A stretch of DNA of 32,000 nucleotides from Acaryochloris marina S15. GTDB lineage: Bacteria; Cyanobacteriota; Cyanobacteriia; Thermosynechococcales; Thermosynechococcaceae. Each line of letters starts with the position of its first letter. The stretch's first letter is position 1. The stretch lies in NCBI RefSeq assembly GCF_018336915.1, contig NZ_CP064923.1, forward strand, positions 3,960,001 to 3,992,000, read 5' to 3'. A program made the translations under genes and the position numbers. Of this stretch, positions 14,347 to 22,565 are shown piece after piece. The notes under the pieces were generated by a model. The model was given only the letters and a program-made list of their open reading frames with translations, ran no database searches and was not told where the DNA came from.

Positions 14347-15093
14347 CTAGGCGGCGTCCAAATAAACTTCAAAAATGTCGTTGTAATAAACCGACTTCGG
14401 CTCTGTTAGGGATTCAGGCCAAATATCTTCGGGCTGGAACAGCAAGCTGTACACAGGCATGGGTGTACCAATCCCATCTTCCGTAGGGAAGAAGTAGGTG
14501 AAGGCTCCTTCGTAAACCAGAACCACAACCGCTTCTCTGTCTCGCAACTGCCCCGGCAAACGACTATGGGCACCGGGGTGAACGTTTTTGACTTTGACCC
14601 GATCTCCCACCTTAAATTTGGGAGGAGCTGGGGCAGGTCGCATCGGCGAGTCCCCTTCTCGCAAATACTTTTCTACTTGGGTGTCGATCCCAGCTTTGCC
14701 ACCCTTGGGTAGGGGAGCGGCTGCTTTGGCACTATCTTCTAAGAACTCTGCGGTGCGGGTATCTAGTTCTTCCTGGGTAATGTAGCCTTCTTCCACAAAG
14801 AAGCCAGAAATGCCCCCCAGCCATTTTTCGTAATACCGCAACCGAAAATACTCAAAGGGATGCATGGCTTCGGCCCCTTGGCGCAGGTGCCCCCAAGTCC
14901 AGAAGCTCTTGAATTGGGTGGGAACCTTGGCAATCTCATATTTCGGGATGGAGGTATTGAGATGATTGCTGAGGGCCATCATAGCGGTATGGATACCAAA
15001 GATGCGCTTTTCCCAGGGTTCAACAAATACCTGTTTTTCGACGTTAACGGGATCTAGTCCTTCTAGACCCCCAAGATTATGCTGTAGTTTCAT
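14347..15093 (-). CDS. nthB: Nitrile hydratase beta subunit.
   Basis: [12 protein letters not shown]...[10 protein letters not shown]-terminus and SH3-like C-terminus ([12 protein letters not shown]...PGHSRLP-like). Its ATG (15093-15091) overlaps the TGA (15092-15090) of the upstream GTPase gene. It lies 3 nt upstream of nthA. Confidence 0.9.
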   Translation of the reverse strand: MKLQHNLGGLEGLDPVNVEKQVFVEPWEKRIFGIHTAMMALSNHLNTSIPKYEIAKVPTQFKSFWTWGHLRQGAEAMHPFEYFRLRYYEKWLGGISGFFVEEGYITQEELDTRTAEFLEDSAKAAAPLPKGGKAGIDTQVEKYLREGDSPMRPAPAPPKFKVGDRVKVKNVHPGAHSRLPGQLRDREAVVVLVYEGAFTYFFPTEDGIGTPMPVYSLLFQPEDIWPESLTEPKSVYYNDIFEVYLDAA

Positions 15094-16082
15094 GCGGTTA
15101 CCTCTGCCATCAATGGGCGGGAAGCCAAGCAAGTCTGAAAACCCTGACGCAGCTCTGCTTCCTCTAAGTTTCTGCCAATAAAAACCAGTTCATTGCGGCG
15201 GGTTTCACCGGGACGCCAGGGTTTACCGGGTCTGCCGTCCAAGGTCATATGCACCCCTTGAAAGACAAACCGACGATCGGCTTCATCCATATCCAAAATG
15301 CCTTTCATGCGGAACAGGTCTGGACCCCGAGCTTGGACCAGCTGGTAAAGCCACCGATTAAGCTTGACGCTGTCCACGGTCCCCGTCTCGGTAATGGCGA
15401 CGGAAGAAACGGTTTGATCATGTTCATGGGCATCTTCGTCTAAAAACTCTGGATCGATGCTGAGGGCATGGCTGAGGTTAAAGGCTTGGACTCCTAGGAG
15501 CTGGTTCAGATCAATATTGCAGTTGGTGGTGGGATGTAGGGTTGCGATCGCATTCATGCTGCGCACCCGTTGGGTCAGAGTGGTCAGCACTTCTGGCGGC
15601 ACCAAATCCTGCTTATTCAGCAAAATTACGTCAGCAAAGGCGATTTGCTCTTGGGCTTCATTACTCTCCCAGTGGTCCCAAATATGCTTGGCATCCACCA
15701 CCGTCACCACTGCATCCAGCTGAGTTTGCCGCAGCATCACTTCATCCATAAAAAAGGACTGAATCACGGGGGCCGGATCGGCAAGGCCCGTGGTTTCAAT
15801 CACCAAGTGGTCAAAGCGGTCTTGCCGCTGCATGAGGTTACCAATAATCCGAATTAAGTCTCCTCGAACCGTGCAGCAAATGCAGCCATTGTTCATTTCA
15901 AAGACTTCTTCATCGGCGTCGATCACTAGCTGATGGTCGATACCAACCTCACCAAATTCATTGACGATCACAGCGATGCGCTGGTTATGCTCTTCCGTCA
16001 GAATTCGATTGAGTAAGGTGGTCTTCCCGGCCCCTAAGTACCCTGTTAAAACAGTGACTGGAATCTTTTGGATCAATGCCAT
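15090..16082 (-). CDS. COG0523 (CobW/HypB/UreG-class) metallochaperone GTPase.
   Basis: Walker [13 protein letters not shown], the metal-binding GCICC motif, LNKQD (NKxD), and a CobW C-terminal domain. Confidence 0.9.
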   Translation of the reverse strand: MALIQKIPVTVLTGYLGAGKTTLLNRILTEEHNQRIAVIVNEFGEVGIDHQLVIDADEEVFEMNNGCICCTVRGDLIRIIGNLMQRQDRFDHLVIETTGLADPAPVIQSFFMDEVMLRQTQLDAVVTVVDAKHIWDHWESNEAQEQIAFADVILLNKQDLVPPEVLTTLTQRVRSMNAIATLHPTTNCNIDLNQLLGVQAFNLSHALSIDPEFLDEDAHEHDQTVSSVAITETGTVDSVKLNRWLYQLVQARGPDLFRMKGILDMDEADRRFVFQGVHMTLDGRPGKPWRPGETRRNELVFIGRNLEEAELRQGFQTCLASRPLMAEVTA

Positions 16083-16095
16083 AGCCTCTCCTGAA

Positions 16096-17031
16096 TTAAC
16101 TCAACACCGTCATGACTCGAAACCCAATGGTCCGGTTTAAGCCCTGTTGGTCATATCCCGAACGGCTGGCCGAGCGGAGTCTCTCGGGAGGGTCTAGCCA
16201 ACCACCTCCACGAATAGCTCGCACGGTTCCCTGAGCTAGGGCTTTATGGCGATAGTTTGGCTGCCAACAATCGGCACACCATTCCCAAACATTGCCATGC
16301 ATATCGTGTAACCCCAAGGCATTAGGGGCAAAGCTCCCGACCTCTTGGGTTTGTCGCCGATAGTTCCCCGTTGTCTCACCGGCATAGGAATAGGTACTCA
16401 CATAATCTGCCCATTCACTGGTGATCGTGGCTCCGGTGTTGAAGGGGGTTTGGGTTCCTGCTCGACAAGCCTGTTCCCACTGAGCTTCATTTGGCAATTG
16501 ATAGGTCCGTCCGGTTTTATGACTGAGGCGCGTACAAAATTCAACGGCCTCTAGCCAAGAGATGCTTTCTACGGGACGGAGCGACCCCTGAAAATGAGCA
16601 GGGAATGGATCTAGCTCTCGCTCTACGGTTGGCAACGCCGCGACTGCAGCCCACTGCACTTGGGTAATGGGATATTTACTAATAAAAAAGGCAGGGACGG
16701 TGACGGCATGTCGAGGCCGTTCTTGAGCCAACGCCAGGTTTTCAGAACGGGAGGACCCCATCCAGGATTTACCCGATGAAATGGCTACCATTTCTAGGCT
16801 ATGCCCGGATTTTAATTCTTCTAGAAAGTATTTATTTTTTAGCTTTTCAAGGCCAACTAACTGACCGTTTTTATTAAGACTTGGAAACTCATATTCAAAA
16901 TGTTGTATATCAGCTAAAGACAAAGAATTAGGGTTAAAAAAACTGACACTTGTTAGCTTGTCTTGAATTGCAACTGCAAGGGCAATACTCCCTAATCCGG
17001 CAGTTTGCATAAATCTACGACGTTTTATCAC
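16096..17031 (-). CDS. Tat-exported FGE-sulfatase (SUMF1/PvdO-like) domain protein.
   Basis: With the GTG start the N-terminus reads [20 protein letters not shown], a twin-arginine signal. The C-terminal ~230 aa carry FGE-family blocks ([22 protein letters not shown]). It ends 13 nt upstream of the GTPase gene, with AGGAGAGG in the gap. Confidence 0.8.
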   Translation of the reverse strand: MIKRRRFMQTAGLGSIALAVAIQDKLTSVSFFNPNSLSLADIQHFEYEFPSLNKNGQLVGLEKLKNKYFLEELKSGHSLEMVAISSGKSWMGSSRSENLALAQERPRHAVTVPAFFISKYPITQVQWAAVAALPTVERELDPFPAHFQGSLRPVESISWLEAVEFCTRLSHKTGRTYQLPNEAQWEQACRAGTQTPFNTGATITSEWADYVSTYSYAGETTGNYRRQTQEVGSFAPNALGLHDMHGNVWEWCADCWQPNYRHKALAQGTVRAIRGGGWLDPPERLRSASRSGYDQQGLNRTIGFRVMTVLS

Positions 17032-17137
17032 CTAGCTGAACCTCAGGATATCGGGTCAGGATGTATCAAATGATTTGACTGGAATAGATTTGAATAGCAG
17101 GTTGTATCACTAGAAAAATAGTTTTTTTAGCCTACCT

Positions 17138-17156
17138 ATAATACTCAAAGTATTAT
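17138..17156. promoter_or_regulatory. Perfect 8-3-8 palindrome overlapping a TATAAT hexamer in the divergent intergenic region.
   Basis: ATAATACT-caa-AGTATTAT. TATAAT lies at 17137-17142 on the + strand. The site is ~107 nt upstream of the FGE-like gene start on the other strand. Confidence 0.3.
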
Positions 17157-17460
17157 TTTTTACCTGCAGTGAATGTAATGGAATAAGTGCAAGGCATATG
17201 TATACCTTGATACAATGACTTGTAATATCATGAAATCAAAACACAAGGATAATCTTCTTTTTTATATCTCTGTTCTCAAAATAAAATTACCCAATCAGGC
17301 TGATGAATCGGTATTCATTTTTTGCATTTACTCTTGTTACAAATAGAGGATGGGGCACGGGTGCGAATCAACGTTGCTCAAATCTCTGGGGACTGGGATT
17401 TGAGGAATAATGGCTGTTAGGTGTTTCACTCAAACGCCGGACTATGGCGTGGATCAAAGG

Positions 17461-17946
17461 ATGTTTATGAAAATTTTCCTATGCAGTATGGGGGTACTCC
17501 TTCTATCGGAATCAGTATTGGCTGCCCCTTGTAAAATTTCTGAAAGTGTCTATCGAGATACTGATGGCCAAGGTTTTGAATTGGTATTCGGGGCCGCACC
17601 CACGGGGAGTCCGCTACTGGCAACCGTAACGCTTCAGCATCCAAAGCAAGTCCCACTGTATCGATTTGACCTGACCCAAGCCAATGGCTATGGTTCCATC
17701 TCCTTGATGTGGCGGCAACAACCTAAGTCTGAACGCCATAGTTTTCGCCTGAACTTTTTCAGTCAAGCCTTTCAATCGGCGACACCAGGTGTTTTTGGAC
17801 GAGAACCACAGGCTCCTAAATATGCCTTTATTACAGATTTGGCAAGTTTCGACTACTATCGACGCCGAGGTGCAATCTCAAATTCAACGGCGCCTTATCT
17901 CAAGGTCGTGCTGTGGGTTCATGATCGCTGTTTGAATAACAACTAG
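17461..17946 (+). CDS. Small secreted hypothetical protein.
   Basis: Signal peptide M(FM)KIFLCSMGVLLLSESVLA|AP. I recognise no family. The start could be 17461 or 17467 (AAAGG lies just upstream). The track start at 17410 adds a non-signal extension. Confidence 0.5.
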   Translation: MFMKIFLCSMGVLLLSESVLAAPCKISESVYRDTDGQGFELVFGAAPTGSPLLATVTLQHPKQVPLYRFDLTQANGYGSISLMWRQQPKSERHSFRLNFFSQAFQSATPGVFGREPQAPKYAFITDLASFDYYRRRGAISNSTAPYLKVVLWVHDRCLNNN

Positions 17947-17947
17947 C

Positions 17948-18625
17948 CTAGGCATATTGGTAGATGATTCGCGCCTGCTGTACCGTCACCGTTTCGCCCT
18001 CTACAAAAGTTGCTCGATCTGTTTCGACCAGTCCATAATTCTCAAATTCAGCGAGTTCGAAGGGCGACAAGGGCCAGGGTGGCCCCTCACACTCTTGTTC
18101 ATCAGGACGAATTCGGGTAACGACAAGCAGTTGTCCTGTTTTGGCTACGAGCAGTGCGATCGCACCCACGACTTGCTGACGTAAAGGGATGGGCAAGGCC
18201 TGAATATTTCGGCATTCATAGACCAAATCAAAAGCCTGGTTCCAGCTTGGGTCTAGATGAAAAAGATCGGCAACTTGATAGTCTACTGCTGAGTGAGGAA
18301 AACGCTGGTGGCACCATGCGATCGCAGTGGGTGATACATCAAACGCAGTCACCTGATAACCATGGGCTTGCAGCGCTTCAGCATCATTCCCCAAACCACA
18401 GCCAATCACCAGGGCTTTGCTATGGGCTGGCGGTTGGGGTTGCTCGGGTAACCACATTTGTAAATAAGGATGAGCCGTCGACTTGGCCCAAGGCACCTGA
18501 TCCGCATTGCCATTCGCTTGAGCATATAGGGGTTCAAACCAAGCATAGGGCTGGTTTTGGGCTTGGGCTTCCGAGGCTAAAGATTTAACCCGATTTTGCA
18601 CAGAGGGGGGCTGTTCTTCAAACAT
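17948..18625 (-). CDS. Class I SAM-dependent methyltransferase, TPMT-like (thiopurine/thiol/halide methyltransferase family).
   Basis: SAM motif I ALVIGCGLGNDAEAL, a downstream acidic residue (VTAFDVS), N-terminal W...PW tryptophans and the FDLVYE...L post-I motifs are as in TPMT-family enzymes. Its stop codon lies 1 nt from the stop of the convergent upstream gene. Confidence 0.75.
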   Translation of the reverse strand: MFEEQPPSVQNRVKSLASEAQAQNQPYAWFEPLYAQANGNADQVPWAKSTAHPYLQMWLPEQPQPPAHSKALVIGCGLGNDAEALQAHGYQVTAFDVSPTAIAWCHQRFPHSAVDYQVADLFHLDPSWNQAFDLVYECRNIQALPIPLRQQVVGAIALLVAKTGQLLVVTRIRPDEQECEGPPWPLSPFELAEFENYGLVETDRATFVEGETVTVQQARIIYQYA

Positions 18626-18703
18626 ATTCTTTTAGGGTTTCTTCTCAAGTATTACAGGGCAGACTAGTAGAACTGATCGAATAAACCAGCTTTGGGAGCA
18701 GGT

Positions 18704-19657
18704 ATGGTGAATTCAGAGCATGTGCAAATCCTGGAAAAAGGGACTGAAGCCTGGAATCAATGGCGGAAGGACAACCCAACAGTGAGTCCAGACTTACAAG
18801 GGGCCAATCTGAGTGGGAAAGACTGCTGCGAGATTAACCTCAGTGGGGCCAATCTAAACCAAGCCAACCTGAGCCGCACTTTCATCCGCTGGGCTAATCT
18901 GAGCCAAGCTCAATTGATCGGCGCACAGCTAACGGGGACAGATTTAAGCGGCACCAATCTGGAACATGTGAACCTCAGCCAAGCCAATCTCCAGGGGGCA
19001 ACAATGCGATGGGTAGACCTCTCCTTTGCCAATCTCACCCAAGCGAATCTCCAGGGAGCAACCCTAAGCGGTTCCAATCTCTGTCACTCCACCTTAACGG
19101 AGACTGATTTTAGACGGGCTGAATTTCGCTGGGCCGATATGCGAGGGGCCGACCTATTGGAAGCTGACTTAACCTGGGCCGATCTCCGGGGTGCCGATCT
19201 CAGATCTGCTGCCCTTGAATCTACTATTGCTATTTCTGCAGATTTTACCCAGGCCATTTTTACAGGGGCTTGTTTGCAGAACTGGGAAATCAGTATTGAC
19301 ACCAAACTCGATGATATTGAGTGCCTTCATATTTATCTGCAAGCAGACCAACAAGATCGTCAGCCACCGGAAGGGGACTTTACCGCCGATGTGTTCAGAA
19401 AGCTGGTGCAACCCAAGCTAGCAACTCTGGATTTAATCTTTATGGATGGTATTAACTGGCTGGCTTTTCTAACCGCCTTTCAATCGCTATGTACTAAATT
19501 TGAGCAGGATGAGATTGAAATTCGCGATGTTGAAAAAAAACATGGCGGAACTTATAGCATTCGCCTGAAGGTGGATAAGCATTCAGATCTGGAGAATATT
19601 GAAGCTTTTCTTAAACAGGCTTATGACCAACAACTCCTAACGACTAGCAAAGTTTAG
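18704..19657 (+). CDS. Pentapeptide-repeat protein with a ~120-aa non-repeat C-terminal domain.
   Basis: About 33 consecutive A(D/N)LXX pentapeptides (ANLSGANLNQANLSRTFIRWANLSQAQL...). GGAG lies 5 nt upstream of the ATG at 18704. The track start at 18692 is a TTG. Confidence 0.9.
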   Translation: MVNSEHVQILEKGTEAWNQWRKDNPTVSPDLQGANLSGKDCCEINLSGANLNQANLSRTFIRWANLSQAQLIGAQLTGTDLSGTNLEHVNLSQANLQGATMRWVDLSFANLTQANLQGATLSGSNLCHSTLTETDFRRAEFRWADMRGADLLEADLTWADLRGADLRSAALESTIAISADFTQAIFTGACLQNWEISIDTKLDDIECLHIYLQADQQDRQPPEGDFTADVFRKLVQPKLATLDLIFMDGINWLAFLTAFQSLCTKFEQDEIEIRDVEKKHGGTYSIRLKVDKHSDLENIEAFLKQAYDQQLLTTSKV

Positions 19658-19849
19658 ACCCAGAACGCTACTAAGACTGTCGAAAAGCAAGCATATTCAA
19701 GCATCTATCCTATAGAGGCCAATGTGTTCAGGAATATGGGTTGCTTTTTGTCCCCACGCGAATAATGCTGATATTGATGCTACAACCGTACTTTTCTTTG
19801 ATCAATATCGATTGGCATAAATTATCCGTGAATAGTAGAGGGGATAACT

Positions 19850-20248
19850 ATGGGCGCATGGGGATATGGCAACTTTGAAAATGACGATGCAATGGATTGG
19901 GTCGCCGACCTAGAGGGCTATTCGGACGATGGCATGATTATCGATACACTCAACACGATTATTGACCAAGCTGATGACTATCCCGAAGCCCCAGATTGCT
20001 CGGGTGCTGTTGCAGCAGCAGAGGCCATTGCGGCGCTCCTAGGGGAACCCCACGAAGATTGCCCGGATGAAATTGATGTGTGGGCTGAGGAGCGAACCTC
20101 TCCTTCAGCTACATTGGTGGCTAAGGCAAGGCAAGCGGTGGAAGTCATTATGTCTAACTCTGAACTCAAGGATTTATGGCAAGAATCAGAAGACTTTGAG
20201 GCTTGGCAATCGAGTTTGGAAGATTTACTAACTCGACTGCCCTATTAA
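19850..20248 (+). CDS. DUF4259-like small acidic protein.
   Basis: The MGAWGYGNFENDDAMDWV... N-terminus is characteristic of DUF4259. GAGGGG lies 8 nt upstream of the ATG. Confidence 0.65.
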   Translation: MGAWGYGNFENDDAMDWVADLEGYSDDGMIIDTLNTIIDQADDYPEAPDCSGAVAAAEAIAALLGEPHEDCPDEIDVWAEERTSPSATLVAKARQAVEVIMSNSELKDLWQESEDFEAWQSSLEDLLTRLPY

Positions 20249-20286
20249 TAAAGTCACAATCTAAAACAGTAAAAACATCCGTAAAT

Positions 20287-20331
20287 GAAACAGGAAGGCA
20301 CCACAGATACTCGTGGCCACCCTCCTGTTTC
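20287..20331. terminator. Long imperfect hairpin between convergent genes.
   Basis: GAAACAGGAAGGCACCAC...GTGGCCACCCTCCTGTTTC. The outer 12-bp arms have one mismatch and there is an inner CCAC/GTGG pairing. Confidence 0.45.
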
Positions 20332-20367
20332 AGTAATAGAAGGCTACGTTGGTAATTTACGCTTAAC

Positions 20368-20649
20368 TTAATGAGCTATTAGGTTAGAGTTCATTTGAAT
20401 AAACACCAAAGCCATTATGATTGCGAGCGCTACTAGCAACAGTGCTCTCCTTTCTTGAACAGACAGTTTTTCACAAGGGTCAATAGGTGGTGGAGGGACA
20501 GGAATCGTTCTGTGCCTCCCAGTTCGCGGAGGATCTGGGCGCACAAAAGGCTGTACTTCATGAGTAAGCCGATTGGTAGAGGATGCTGATGGTGTTCTCC
20601 CCCGATGGGGGGGCCGGATTCTGGAGGGACGACGGGCTGGACGACTCAT
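20368..20649 (-). CDS. Small Pro/Arg-rich protein with a single C-terminal TM helix (tail-anchored), translationally coupled to the haloperoxidase gene.
   Basis: Its ATG (20649-20647) overlaps the TGA (20648-20646) of the upstream gene. AAGGA lies ~12 nt upstream. The N-terminal 65 aa are highly basic and proline-rich, followed by ALLLVALAIIMALVFIQM. I recognise no family, and coding status is not proven. Confidence 0.45.
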   Translation of the reverse strand: MSRPARRPSRIRPPHRGRTPSASSTNRLTHEVQPFVRPDPPRTGRHRTIPVPPPPIDPCEKLSVQERRALLLVALAIIMALVFIQMNSNLIAH

Positions 20650-22565
20650 CGGCGACCAATCCTTCTAACATCGCCATCAAAGGTGGGTATTGATAAGACA
20701 AAAGGATCGGTTGAGTAGGTCAGGGCTTGTTCCTCTAGAATTCCAATCGCAATTTCTTCACCCATTCGCAAACTGTCGTAGTAGTCGGTGAAATAATGGA
20801 CCCCCGCCATATCTCTACCAATAGAGATATTGGCTGCAAGCTTATTCAGCTCACCTTCAAGAGTTAGAAAGTCATTTATGTTCCTATCTGGAACCAAATT
20901 GCCTACAGGAACACCTCCCCCTACACCAGGGCCAGGTAGATTAGGTGCACGAAAAACGATTGGATTATCTCCATTTGCCAAACGTTTAAATGAAATATTT
21001 GGACCTGATTCTGCAAGTACTGCACTCGTATCAAAGAATGCTTTGAGAATAGTCACACAAGCCCCAGCCACAGTTGCATGACCCGCTCCATAGGCGGGGT
21101 GCATTGGAGAACCTTCTGGGAATGCCATGGGTAAGAAATAACTACCACCATTCCCAGGCTGGGCGGCAGCTGCATTTAGAGCCTCAATTACATTTAATGT
21201 GCCACCACCATTGTTTTCCAATATGTTTCTATAACCTCCCATACTTGAACTCAAAGCTGGTGGGACTAGATTGGCAGGCACGCCATTGTTAGCTCGCAAT
21301 CGTTCTAGTTCAATACGAGCCGCTAACGCTTCAGGTCTCAGACGAATATGGTTATTGAATTTCTGGAAACGTACAGCCTTTAATGCGCGAGTAGCCACTT
21401 CAGTCACAAGGTTCAGAATATGAGGTCCACCATAGAGTGCAAAACCACCTGCATTACGCCGAGTTGCGGCATTACCTGCAGCTTGTCCTCCACCAGACAA
21501 ATGATCAAAACTAGGATCAAAGGGAGTTCCCATTTCTAGCAAAATGATGCAGGCATTAAGATAAGCTTCGTAAAGCGCATCGTAATGAACGTAAGTTGCT
21601 AAATCTCTAGGAGTTGAGATAAAGCGACGTGGTGGGCGATTCGGTTGAAGAACAGGATTCCCATTCGTGGGACCATAGGTTTCTCTTGGAGGACGAATAC
21701 CTCGCTGTGCCTGAACGTATTCAGGCATATTTTGCATATAATCTCTGCCTGGTTCTGCAATAGGCACTTTTTGATTGATTTGTAGAGCACCATAGGTAAT
21801 TAGCCCCTCATCAACACTGCCTCCGCCAACACCGTTAGGATCTCGATTAAGGTCAGTATTACCAATCAGTAGAAACTGCGACAAATAGGGACCGACTCCT
21901 ACTCCTGGAGATGAACCTCGAAATACAGTTTGTGCGTCCAGTTGGCCAGTACCACTGACTAGACGGGGGCGTCCAGTTTGGTTGCCAATGTAATCGAGAG
22001 CATTGAGGCGCACTATCGATTGATTAATAGAAGTATTAGCTCCTCCAGCTTCAAAATCATTGAAAGGTTGGTCACGGAGAATAGCTAATTCATACACCTC
22101 TGCCATTTCCAGAACCAGCTCTGGATTAGGATTGCCACAGCCATCTAATAAGGGTGGGGCTGGTGGCATGGTTACGGCTTGGGCATCAGGTCCTTCTAAG
22201 TCAAAAACAACCCCAGCCGTTGGGGCCTCCCATTGTCTAAAGTTATTGGGTAGAGGTGGTGGAGGTACAATCGGTTGTACTACCCCGGCAACAACCTCAT
22301 ATAAGGCACCATGCCGAACTGGCGTAGAAAAAGGATCGATAAAGCCGTCATCTATGGCTCGGCGGAATTCAACGAAATCATTGGGATCGGCTAGTAATCC
22401 GGTGTCGGGATGGTGGGGAAGTCCTTTTGTGAAGGACATAAAATATTGTGCGCCAGCATATCGTTGTTCATCGCCGTTGGCCTGATGGTCAGGATGATTT
22501 CGACTTCTAGCTAGCTCTGCGGCTTCAACTCGAACTGCATAGGAATCTTGTCGACGATCTGTCAT
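20646..22565 (-). CDS. Vanadium-dependent haloperoxidase (PAP2/acid-phosphatase-related).
   Basis: All three vanadate-site blocks are present: K402-x7-R410-P (KFNNHIRLRPE), PMHPAYGAGH496A, and R584DMAGVH590YFTD. AGGAAG lies ~8 nt upstream of the ATG. Confidence 0.9.
   Translation of the reverse strand: MTDRRQDSYAVRVEAAELARSRNHPDHQANGDEQRYAGAQYFMSFTKGLPHHPDTGLLADPNDFVEFRRAIDDGFIDPFSTPVRHGALYEVVAGVVQPIVPPPPLPNNFRQWEAPTAGVVFDLEGPDAQAVTMPPAPPLLDGCGNPNPELVLEMAEVYELAILRDQPFNDFEAGGANTSINQSIVRLNALDYIGNQTGRPRLVSGTGQLDAQTVFRGSSPGVGVGPYLSQFLLIGNTDLNRDPNGVGGGSVDEGLITYGALQINQKVPIAEPGRDYMQNMPEYVQAQRGIRPPRETYGPTNGNPVLQPNRPPRRFISTPRDLATYVHYDALYEAYLNACIILLEMGTPFDPSFDHLSGGGQAAGNAATRRNAGGFALYGGPHILNLVTEVATRALKAVRFQKFNNHIRLRPEALAARIELERLRANNGVPANLVPPALSSSMGGYRNILENNGGGTLNVIEALNAAAAQPGNGGSYFLPMAFPEGSPMHPAYGAGHATVAGACVTILKAFFDTSAVLAESGPNISFKRLANGDNPIVFRAPNLPGPGVGGGVPVGNLVPDRNINDFLTLEGELNKLAANISIGRDMAGVHYFTDYYDSLRMGEEIAIGILEEQALTYSTDPFVLSIPTFDGDVRRIGRR

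Noticed and set aside
17944-17950. Convergent stop codons only 1 nt apart (TAG c CTA) between the secreted-protein gene and the methyltransferase gene.
   Set aside because: The observation is real but trivial. It implies overlapping 3' UTRs and no intergenic terminator, and nothing further can be inferred from sequence.
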